Part shown: positions 16,136 through 28,000 of the stretch, in pieces | How positions within the stretch are numbered: the stretch's first letter is position 1 | Layout: the number at the start of each line of letters is the position of its first letter | From: Octopus vulgaris | Taxonomy: Eukaryota | Length of the DNA: 64,000 nucleotides | Direction: 5' to 3' | Assembly (NCBI GenBank): GCA_951406725.2 | Contig: OX597814.1 | Location: 134,912,001 to 134,976,000, forward strand | The notes under the pieces: generated by a model | What the model saw: only the letters and a program-made list of their open reading frames with translations | Told to the model about the DNA's origin: nothing | Databases searched by the model: none | Program-made: the position numbers and the translations under genes

Positions 16136-17179
16136 CCCTTTCGTTACTATATTTCTGACCAAAATACACCCCTCATGAGTTTCAATTAAATTCTAAAATA
16201 ATCATTAACTAACTTTTTTACTTATCAACATATTAATGTGATATTTGGAACATAATTAAAGAAAGGGTTCTTAATCAATTCTATTGCATAACTTTTGTCT
16301 CAAAGTGACTTTAATTACTGGTAAATTGAGCAAAAGGTAAAGATATTAAAATTTTAAATTGAGCAAAAAGTAAAAATATTAAAATTTTGTTTAAACATCA
16401 CCATAGAAAATGAATCATCAGCTAATATTCAAATGGGTATGCAACAAAATTTTGATAAAGAAGAATTGTGCACATCACTATATCATCAGTTGAATTTAAT
16501 GCACAACAGGTGTACCATAAAGGTGGAATAAAGTGAAATACTGGAATCCACTAGAAGTTTGACTGAACTGAAGAAATCGGTCAAAAAATAATATACGGCC
16601 CTGGTTATGGTATGGAAGTGATAAATTCCAGACCACATCGTTCCCTAGGCCATGCTGACTAACATTATTTTCCCTGTATAAAAACTAAATCCACGCAGTA
16701 CCCTGTATTTGCTTCACAAATTTTCCGAAATTTGAACCCCTATTTTGTGTTTGTTTACATTTTGCGTAAGTTTGTTTCCACATTATTCGCTTCAAACAAT
16801 AACTTCCAGACCACATCATACCCTAAGCCATGCTGACTAACATTAGTTTCCCTGTATAAAAACTAAATCCACAACAGTACCCAGTATTTGCTTCACAAAT
16901 TTTCCAATTCGGAATCAATGCTTGATAACATGAAACTCCAATCCATTTTCAAAGTTGAAGAAAAATCGATGCCGAAAAAAATATCCCAAAATTCAGGGAA
17001 TTAAAATTACACGTCGATCGTTGTACAAAACTGTAGATTAACTGTTTATGAAGTATAATCACATGTTTTCACGAATGTACTAAAGAGATTTGCTCTGATA
17101 TTCTCATTTAAATAGGTAAATTTGAGCGGTTTGGTCACATTAATCAAAATTTTTTTCGGGCGGTTTGGTAACGAAAGGG
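16136..17179. mobile_element. Non-autonomous piggyBac-type element (about 1.04 kb)
   Basis: TTAA at 16132-16135 and 17180-17183; TIR CCCTTTCGTTAC/GTAACGAAAGGG; internal direct repeat of about 100 bp (16627-16727 / 16804-16906); no transposase ORF. Confidence 0.88.
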
Positions 17180-19610
17180 TTAAACTCACTTTCTACATCA
17201 TACCCTGTTACCAAGAAAGGCAAACTCTACCAACAATTTTCCTATTGCATTTATTTCCAATATTTCATAGCTAATGATAACACTGAATTTTTCTCTTTAA
17301 TGACCATTTGTAAGGTTTTTGAAAAGCTAGATATTGTCTATAACTATCATCTCAAGAAATTTGGTGAAAACAATGTTGCCCTCAACATAAAAGCTTTTGA
17401 GTCTGCCATGCAAATTTTTCAAAACTACCCTTCTACTGGACTCCATTTCTTGTATTGGTAGCATCCTATCAGATTGTGCTATTGTATATGTTGATAAATT
17501 CTTTATGTCCCACACTACCAATACTATTGTGTGCAGGACTTAGTTTTGTCTTCCTTCTCTTCTGCACATCAATAATCTATCTACTGTCATTCTCTTCATT
17601 CTTTGATTTTCCTTATCCACGTCATCTACAATAATTCCATGAACAGAGACCTCAATAATAGCCCTCAATGGGACCTATGCTAATCTTGTCTCAATAAAAA
17701 AAAGCTTTATATTAAAAACATTGCACCACACCTACCTTGAACATGAACAGTACACAATTACAGTTTTTGAAGTCACAAATGTTGGGCATCACTGTTTTTA
17801 AGGATCTTGTGAAATCCTTAGTATAGCTAAGACCATGTACCAAAGATCACTGTCTATTCAGTGTCAAACATACTTCAGTTTCCAGACCCACTCTAGCATA
17901 TTGCTTGTATATGTAATTATGCTATCACTGCACACACATCCTAGACTTTAACCAGTGAAAGGCCACTTAACTGCTTGGCATAAATTCATAGACATTCTCT
18001 AGCATCTGGCCCACTGACATAGTAACTCCTCTCTGCTTTTTCTGTGCCACCTCCACTCAGGCACTCATAAATCCCTTCCCTCCTCTTATATGCTCAAGCC
18101 CTGCACTATTCACTACACTGACTGTCAACCCCCTGAAGCTTCCTCTGTTCATATCTTAGCTGTACCAATTTGCAACAAATTAAGTTGGATACCGATCTCA
18201 GAAGGGCTTTGCAAAGACTAAGCACTGCTCCTTCCTCCAGGTCTAGCATGTACAAAAAAAGAAAAACAAATTTTGTTTAAATGCTAATTGACAAGATTTT
18301 GAGTATTATATTCTAACTAAAGAGTAATTAAACAGATTTATGAATAAGATTTTCATAAAAAGATTTGAATTGGGCACTTGTTTAGCTCATTGTGACCATA
18401 TGCTTAAGAAGGACAGTGTTTTAATTTTCAAAATTAGTTGCTTGATTTTGAGATATAATTGCATAAATCACTTGTTGCATTTCCTAGCTACAATTATTAA
18501 AGTGTTGCTTAAAAATATTCATGGCACTTAAATATTAATTGGAAAGAATGGTCAAACCAATAGTCAGCCTTTTACTTGTCTTAGTTGATCCCAAGATAGT
18601 TAACTAATAACAATTATATAGATGCTGAAATTATAGGCCTGAATATAATCCATGAGTGATATTCCATTAGACACTCTTAGGCCAAAATCTCATCAAATCA
18701 GTGCAGCTATAATTTAATGCTCACATGTAACTGTGATGTAATTTTCTCCCAGAATATTTTATTGACATTCCATTCATTTACAAACTTAAAAATATCTTTA
18801 TTCTATGTCTGTCTTCACTGTTGTAACATTGAGGTAGGCTAATTTTCCTAGCATTTAGTGAAGGTTTTCAATTGATAATGCATTGAAGTTTCATAGGTTT
18901 AAAGATAAATCCATTTGAACATAACAGATCCCGAGAGAGCAGGATCTAGTTCTGATAAAAATCCTTTAGTTCTATTACCCCAAAGAATATAACAGTTTCT
19001 TACAAAATGGTGAAAGCAGCACTTTTCCCTTCACAAAAAATGTCCTGAAATATCAGCTTATGTCTTAAAATTTCTAGGTACATTGTGATTAAAATAAAGT
19101 CAGAAGAAGCCTACTTCTTGATTAAACTCTTCATTAAGCCATTATCTGCACTTGAACATTCCCTAATCACTAGCATTAGCACCAATTTCATGCTCTTTTC
19201 CCAAGGGCAAGGCAAACAGACAAGATGTTTACAGGTACTATGTACCTTTCCAAACCATTTTGAGTATAATCACAAAATTAGCACTTGTCTATATATTTAA
19301 CATCAGTTTTGCATGGTTTTTCTTCTCAAGGTCCGGTACAATCTCACTGTATGGTATCTTGGGCAAATTGGCATTTTCAATAACTTTGTATCAAATTAGG
19401 TACATGGAAACAGTATTCAAAAAGATACAGGCTTGTAATGTTGATTTGACTAGTGAATTCTGTTTCGGATTGCTTCACCCCTTACATTGATTCAGGAGCA
19501 GGTATATTTCGTGGAGCCAAATTAAAATCATTTAAAACTGCTCAATATGTTTAATACAAACCAGTGGCATCATTTCCTGAAACTTCATGTTTTAATGTTT
19601 GATCAGTGTA

Positions 19611-19830
19611 AGGTGGTGAGCTGGAAGAATCATGACTGTACCAAGGGAAAATGCTGAGCAGCATTTTGCTTGTTCTTACACTGAGGTCAAATTCAGCCAG
19701 TCAACTAAGCCTTTCATCCTTTTGGGTGGGTCGATAAAATGAGTACCTGTTGAGCATTGGGGTTGATGCAATCAAAACTTATACCTTCCCCTGACATTGC
19801 TGGTCTGGTACCAAAATTAGAAACCAATAT
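19611..19830 (+). mobile_element. SINE family A, + orientation
   Basis: aggtggtgagctgg head and aaattagaaaccaata tail; reverse complement of 10476-10690. Confidence 0.75.
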
Positions 19831-20409
19831 TTCAGAGCAATATGCAGAATTTAAGTCCTTCCATTAATAGCATCTGTATGAGATTGTCTTCAGATTGCTG
19901 TTTTCCCCAACTTATAAAGCTTCTCTTCTACCTTTCATAATAAATTGGTTCTGATGGTATCTGCTTTATAACCAGAAATGCATCCTTCCAGTAATAATCA
20001 AACTCTTTGGTCTTATGTCTGAAAATCTCCAACACTTTAGGGGCACAGTACCAGACTTAATACTCTCAACTGCTTTAGAGGTGACATAATTATTTACTAT
20101 TGGAATCCTTGAGCTTTGTCCTAGCACTGGCCAAAAGGCATCTTAACCAAGCTTCAGTCAAATCAAGAACTGCAGTATTTCTCCATATTGTACTGATGTC
20201 ATTATTCTCAAATAGATTATACTTATTCCGAACAGTCTTGTTTGAGTCCATTAATGTAATCCCATAGTGAAGTATTCATCAAAATAAAACTAGTTTTATA
20301 TGACAACATTTGGAAGTAGAAACTGGATGTTCTAACTTTTTGCTCTGTTCATTTTGCATGATGAGTATGGGTTACCCTCAGCAAAGGAGTAACTGATCAT
20401 TTTAATTTT

Positions 20410-20755
20410 TCTATCTTTTATTAGACTGTCACCAAGCCAGGACATCACCTAGAAGAATTTTTAGTCGAATTGACCCTAGTACCTTTTACATTTTTAATTT
20501 TAAGCCTGGTACTTATTCCACTGGTTGCCAAGTTATGGGGACGTAAACATGCCAACACTGGTTATGTAAAGGTGAGGGAGAAACAGAAACAAAAACACAC
20601 ACGATAGGATTCTTTCAGTTTCTGTCTACCAATTCTACTCAAGGCTTTGGTTGGCCTGAGACTATAATAGAAGATACTTACCCAAAGTGCCATGCAGTGG
20701 GACTGAACCTGGAATTGTGGTTGGGAAGCAAGCTTCTGACCACACCGCCATGTTG
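20410..20755 (-). mobile_element. tRNA-derived SINE, family B
   Basis: Shared block tttcagtttctgtctacca..caaggctttgg..tagaaga..cagtgggactgaacc..gggaagcaagcttct; other copies at about 23141-23357 (+), 23439-23700, 26990-27352, 29065-29220 and 49995-50145 (+). Confidence 0.8.
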
Positions 20756-21310
20756 GCTTACATTTCCTATGCTCAAATGAAAGTATATTGGAGAACACTT
20801 TCTTGCAGTTGGATGCTCTTCCTGTTATTAACTCTCACTTATTTTCAATCAAAGTTATAATAATGCAATCTATCAAACAACTTAGACATGCTTTTGTGGT
20901 GAACTTGAAGCAATTGACATTGCCAGCAAGGGCTTTGTATGGAATATCACGAGAGTGAACTTAGATTAATACTAGAGATAATCACAAATACAATTTTAGT
21001 ATTTGCTAAATGTTTCATTATGGAAACAAGATTTGAATGATTCATATAGTCAAAAAAGTCCAAAAGTTATGATCATGGTATTAGTTAAAGGAACCCTTGG
21101 AGTTGATGTTTCCAACAAATGGAGCTTGTGCCTACAGTTATGAAGAGGTTGGAAGAGATTTGTCTTGGCATGATATGAACATAAGGAACTACTCAGTCAA
21201 AAGAAGAGTCATCATAAAAGCCAGCCATACTGATGGTTAAAGAAGAAATGAAAACACATTGAGAAAAATAAAAACAAAAGACAATCTGCAGTAAAAAAAA
21301 TTTAAAACAA

Positions 21311-21320
21311 TTTATTTATT
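21311..21320 (-). terminator. Candidate polyadenylation signal for TMEM131 (overlapping AATAAA)
   Basis: AATAAATAAA on -, followed by T-rich sequence, about 1.25 kb past the stop codon; use is not verifiable from sequence alone. Confidence 0.4.
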
Positions 21321-22228
21321 GTTTTTTTTCTTAAATTTACTTTTCTCAAATTGCTGTTGGCATGTGATCTGGCTGAGGGCACTACTTGATAGGCCAGAAG
21401 AGCTGATCCATTTTAAAAACTGCTTTCTTTATAGTTTTATCATCTGAGTTGGGTTTTTTTGGGTGGGAGATGCTTTCTAGTCAACAGGGAACTCCAGGCA
21501 AATTGTATGAGTAGAAGAACTTTGTAGGTGGGGCACAAGAGAGAGACCAGAAATTTGACGGAAAAGTGCAAGAGAACATAAGCTGCCAGCTTTGCTCCGC
21601 GCATGAAACACAAACGTGGAAATGAACAGAACAGAAAAAAGAAAAAAAGCTTTTGTGGGGAGGGGGAATAAAAAGAGGAATAATAAGTGACTAGAAGATT
21701 GTAGGCCCTTACCACCAAAGTTAGTCGAATATTAAGAGTTTCTATATGTTATTAAGGTAACAAGATGGAAGTCCTGGAGTAAAGGTCTGAAAGTTAATTC
21801 TGGTTATCATTCCTGTTTTTTGCCCACTGAAAGCAAGAACATTCTTAAGGTTAGTAAATATTGGTGGGGATAGTGGTATAACTTAGGGATTTTTCATATC
21901 TCGGGATGGAAATAAAAAAATAGAAAAAAATTACAGAAAGCTGGCAGTGTGGAGAATTTATAAAAGAAAAAAAGTTTTCTTTACAATTTGAGCAAACCCT
22001 AGATTTTGAAAAAGTGTCTTTGTTAAATAATTTAAAAAATAAAATCTATAATTTAGTTGATCAGTAAGGGTGCAAGTGGTACAGTTGTCAGCCTGGCATT
22101 AAACATCTGGTCTAAGTCGCATTTCTAGTAAAGATCAATTTAACCAATTTTAATTAACATGAAGTGCATAAGAGTGACAGGAGATTGAGATAGATAGAAG
22201 AGAAATGAGACAGAAAGAGGAAGATACC

Positions 22229-22231
<3 letters not shown>

Positions 22232-22266
<35 letters not shown>
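22232..22266. repeat. (AG)n microsatellite in the probable TMEM131 3' UTR
   Basis: Direct reading. Confidence 0.9.
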
Positions 22267-22270
<4 letters not shown>

Positions 22271-22561
22271 ATATCATAAGCTAGTGTGAGTAGGAAGTAG
22301 ATCCAAAGCGAATCTTGAGAAAACTGCTGAAATTTCAAAGAGCCAGGGAAAAAGATAAGCCGTTGTTTACTTAGATAAGAGAACTGCATTGGTAGCAATG
22401 CAATGAAACCTGGTCTGATAAGCTGCAATAAATGCAGCTTCTAGGAAAAAAAATTAATAAATAAAGGAGAGAAGAACAAAAATAAAACGGCTGCAATTGA
22501 CTGCTTAAACAAAAAAACAAACAGAAAAACCTTCCAATATATAAAGAAGCATATTTTTGTT

Positions 22562-24985
22562 TTAATCCTTCAGATGATTGTGAGGGACATTCCAGTCAAA
22601 GTTGGTGTTAGAGGATGAAGAACGTGGTGGACCCCAAATGCGAGCCATTGGATTGAAAGGGTCATATGTACTGGTTGATGGCAGAGTCTCCTGTAGAAAA
22701 AAAAAATTGTTGATAAATAAAAACAGAATTTAAAAGAATAACTTCAATATTAGGAAGCAAAAATTAATTAATTGGATAGGAGACTGATAATTTTAAACTT
22801 CATTTCTGTATATGAGCACACTAGCATTGTGCTATTCAACAGTCCAGTCCACTTAAGCAGAATTAGGAAGGAATTTACTTCCGGTACATATAACTGCACT
22901 AGATTGATCAATCATGAAAAATCAATTGATCTGATTACGCTCTCGGACAACAGGTGTTAGAATAACAAAACAAAGTTATGTCTCCAATATAATTGTTTTG
23001 TTATTGTATAGTTAACAGAATTTCTCTACAATTGTGGTCCTGATTCAGTGCTCCTCAGTACAATTTGATAATCTGCAAGATGAACTGAAAATTTTTTCAG
23101 CTGTGAAAAAAAAAAAAAAAAAATGTGAACTTGCGGATAGATACAGGCTGGCTGTATGGTAAGAAGTTTGCTTCCCAACCACATGGTTCTGGGTTCAGTC
23201 CCATTGTGTGACACCTGGGACAAATGTCTATTATAGCCCTGGGCCAACCAAAGCTTTAAGTAGATTGATAGAATAAGTACCAGGGTTGATATTTTCAACA
23301 TAAATTTCTTCAATGTGGTGCTCCAGCATAGTCACTGTCTAATGACTGAAACAAGATATATTACAGAGGGGTGGGGGTTTAGTCCAAACATGCCACATGC
23401 ATATTTGAACAGGTAATAATATTACAAGATATATCTTTTTCTTATTTCAGTCATTAGACTGTATTCATTTGGGCACAGCCTTGAATGATTCTTTTAATCA
23501 AACAAATTGGCCCCAGGACTAATTTTGTTTTTTAAAGCTTGGTGCTTTATTCTAGTCAATTTTTGCTGAACCAAATTTCAGGAATGTAAACAAACCAACA
23601 CTAGTTGTCAAGCAGTGGTGAGAAACAAGCAAAAAGGTACACACACATATACATGTGTATATGAAGCAAACTTCTTATCACACAGCCATGCCTGCACCTA
23701 TGTGTATATGTACTGCAAAGGAATTTTCTCTAATTCAAGTGTTAACTTATAGATCATTAGCTTCAGTAATGAATTTTTATGTAAGTTACAACTGATTAAA
23801 GTAGTTTAGACTATGCATGTGTACGATTTCTCAACACTGTATACTTATCTAGATTTGAAAGGGTACAAAAAAGTATATTTAAAGTATTTTGCTAAATGTT
23901 TAGTAATGATATATTACCCTTAGAAAGTTTTTATCCCTGAGTAGGTATAATGGTTTTTACATGTTTAAATAATAACAGATTAAAGGAGACGGCTTGCTTT
24001 ATTGTTAACAATGCATATATTGCTATAGTGAGGAGGATATTCAACCCTTTAGTATTTAAACTAGCCATACCTGGCAAAAATATTCTACCTGCTTTATGGT
24101 GAAACTTGGCCAAATCTAGCCTCTCACACCTCAAAACTATAAGAATGCATGATTAATTCAAAATGATGTGAATAAATAAACATGACACTCGACAGTAATC
24201 TGGGTTAAACCAATTCAGGATATCCCAGTGAGTGGTAAGTGTCACCTTTATTAGCTGATACATATTCATTTTCATATGCATTTAATTTTCTCAATGATTT
24301 ATACTAAAGGGAAAGGTTTAGTTAAACAACTCAGTGGTTTCTGCAGATAAATCGATATTTTTTATTCCTAACTACAATTATTTTGAATATTTGCTTGAGA
24401 AAATATATCCAGATCTTGTAGCTAACAGAAATGGAGATATAGTAGATGAGGTTAACCATTTAGATATGTTATGATAAGGTAGTTTGAGAGGATAAGGTTG
24501 TTACTAGCATTTATAACAGACTGATAACTTAAATTTTCCTACTGCAACCTTGCACTAAGAGTAGGGCATAATGTGTTTTCCTGTTAGGTTATTAGATACA
24601 GTAGGATTATTAACGAAGTTAGTGTATTTTTGGAGAGAAAGAAAATGTTAATGATGCATACAGAAAAATCAAGGTTACATTAAGAAATTGACAGTTAAAA
24701 TTGTTAACTGTTGCTTGGGCAGACATGCTCAGATCTTGAGAAAATTTGAAATAATTTCTAGTTTACAACTTAGTATTGATCTTTGGAATGATTAGTTTCG
24801 ATCAGTTTCATCATCACCCTCATTTAGCATCCGTTTTCCATGCTGGCATGGTAAAATAGTACTGGCACTGATCATGACTACAATTATTACCAGCACTGGC
24901 CAAACAAACTAGTTTAAGTTGTCAGCTCCCACTTTATAAGTTTAAATTTAATCTAACATTAAAGAACTTTAACACAAAATTTGAA

Positions 24986-25018
<33 letters not shown>

Positions 25019-28000
25019 TTATATTTATTTAAATGTATTTTAAATTCAGGGAGCTCAACCTAGTTGGTATGAACCTGCTTAAGGCCACCTATATTTAAGC
25101 ATTCATAATTAAATTTGCATTTGAATGTTATAAGATTTCAGTCAGTCAATATCAACATAACTATATACATATAAAAACTTTAGGTATTTAACTAAGCTGT
25201 TCCCCAATCTCCAATATACTGGAAATTAAAAATATGCATTAGATATAGTCATGAAACATGAATAGAATACTTACAAAACTTGAAGTCTGTAAGTTGCCTG
25301 AAGTTGCCCACATGGTAGGGCTCAAAGGAGAATAATTCCAAGGAGTCTCAGGGACAGAAGTTTGTTGCATCAAGTAGTTGGGCCAGTTTTCTATCAAATG
25401 AAAAAGGCAATGTTGTTAGAACTGGGGGGGGAACAACAACAACAATAAAAAAATGTCTTAGAATGAAAACTCTTCTCACACTTACCACTTTTAACTTTAT
25501 ACTCTGGTTCAGCCTGAGTACAGGAGGTTGTCATTGCTGATTGCAGCAGGTTGTAATTGTAAAAGTTTGCTGTAGAAGAAAAACATTCTTCAAATCAAGA
25601 AGATACCAGTTGATATGGAGAGAGCAAGTACAAAATATATATCTTAACTTTTGAGAACATAATCAACATCATTTAAATTTCAACAATGATGGGTTTCATA
25701 GAATTAATTATATGGGAAGGATTTAACTTGCCATCATTATTTAATGTCAATTTCTCATGATGGTATGGCTTGGACAGCTTGACAGGAACTGGTAAGGCCA
25801 GGAGCAGCAGTAGGTACCTTAGTCTATTTTGACTTGATTATAGCTGGATGCTCTTCCTAATGCCAACCACTCCATACAAAATAATTTTATTTATCATTTT
25901 TTAGTTTTCTCCTGACCATAAAAGCTTCTGATCTAATTTCCATGACACAATGAGGATTTTAATGTTGAAGCTTAATAAATTATTTTCTACAGAATCATTC
26001 ACTACTGCAACTGAAACCATCTGTCTTATACAATTTGTATTATAATCAAATAAAAAAACTGAGAAACCTTTATATGCAACATCAGTGTTCTTCAAATTAA
26101 ATATACACTATAGAGAAATTAAATTTCAAATAGCAATAGTTACTCTAATTAGTCAATAAATTAATGAGAAAGAAAAAATTTACAGAACGGTAAAGATAAA
26201 GACAAAACTTTCAGAGACTTCATCTAGTCAGTCAATGTAGTAGCTCCAAACTGTGTGGCATTGGTAGTACAATGTACCAAGTTGTAGCTATCCATACATA
26301 ACTTGATCAACAAGCATATTTTTCATTAACTTCATTCCAATAAATATCTCTATCTCTTTCTATTTGTGACACCAGCACTAGAGTTGTTCAACACACTGGA
26401 CTTCCATTTGTGGGATAGTCATATAGGATGACAATATAGCCAAGATATGCCCTCTAGTTTAATATCACCATCACAAAGTGCTCAAGTATCTTTTAACCTA
26501 TTGAATCACTTTCAGTGAACTTATAATTAAAATGACAGTTCCGCTGTTGATTTTGACAAGGAGCATTCAGTTATTAGACTAAGTGAACTATCTTAATTAA
26601 TGTGTAACTGGCTGAGTATTCCACAGACATGTACTCTCAGCATAATTCACAAGCCAAATCAGTGAAACAAGACCAACCTTAGGTACATTCCCTCCAACAG
26701 GTTTCTACAGTTTCATTCAACCCAATTTCATTCACAAGGCTTGGGTTGACCTGAGGGTATGGTTAAAAAAAAACAAAACAACTCATAGACAACAGTATAG
26801 TTGTAGTATGAAACTAGGTACTTACGAGCAGTTGAAGACATCGAGTTATTGGACGAGAAAGAGTCCAAAGAAAACTGAGGAGCTGCTTGGTTCTCAGACC
26901 CTATTGAAGTGTCAATGAGGGAAGAAGAGATCTGGTTCTCCCGGATTGATGGAAGACTGAAACTGAAAATAAATAAATAAGGTTAAACTTTTATTTTAGT
27001 CATTTGACTGGAGCACTGTCACGAAGGATTTTAGTTGAACAAATTCTAGGACTCATTTTTTAAAAAAAGCCTAGTACTTATTCTATTGTTCTCTTTTGCC
27101 AAACTGCTAAGTTACAGGGACATAAACACACCAACACTGGTTGTCAAGTGGTGGTGGGGGATAAATACAGACACACATACATAGATAGATATATACATAT
27201 GATTGGCTTCTTTCATTTTCTGTCTACCAAATCCACTCGCAAGCATCTATTAAGGTCAGCCTTAATAGATGCTTGCCCATGTACCACAGTGGAACTGAAC
27301 CCTGAACCATGTGGTTGAGAAGCAAGCTTCTTACCACACAGCTACACCTGCACTTGTTTACAGTTTACAAAGGAAATCCCCAAACACCTTCCTACTATGA
27401 GCATTAAGTTTGCCTTTTCTTATAGGTTTGATTAATAGGGAACCTACCAAACAATACCACCAATTCTTCCTATTTTCAGATAGTAGCTTTCTAAATTGAG
27501 ATTGCACCACTAATAAAGCAATGGAGTATTTTGTAGAAAGAAGTTAGAATTTTCAAAAAATAAATAAAATAAGGGCAACTCATAAATTTAAAGAAAGTGA
27601 TATCAGGAAAATGTGTAAGCCATCAAATTACACAGATTTGTAATTCCAATGAATTCTAAACTCAATTTACAATGAAAGTAAACAAAGTTTGCTTTAGAAG
27701 CATTGAGATGTATTGAAAGACAGAAATAATTTATTCTCAAAAACATGATAATGCTAATACAATAGCATGAACAGGATAAACTATCCATATATTGCAGAAA
27801 AATTCATTGCCAGCCAGCCATGAGACTAGCACTCATCCCTGTGATTACGCGGCAAGTGCTTTATCTTTAAGCTAAACTGCCCAGTAACGAACTGCTTTGC
27901 AATTTTAGGATTTATAAATCTAGCTTTAGAAGCTTTGAGATGTATTGAAAGATACAGAAATAATTTATTCTCAAATGCTATGTATGGATAGTTTATCTTG

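Noticed and set aside
17190-20400. Short ORFs between tubulin and the TMEM131 3' end as an extra gene
   Set aside because: No consistent exon chain or protein motif; the region looks like decayed LINE and SINE debris.
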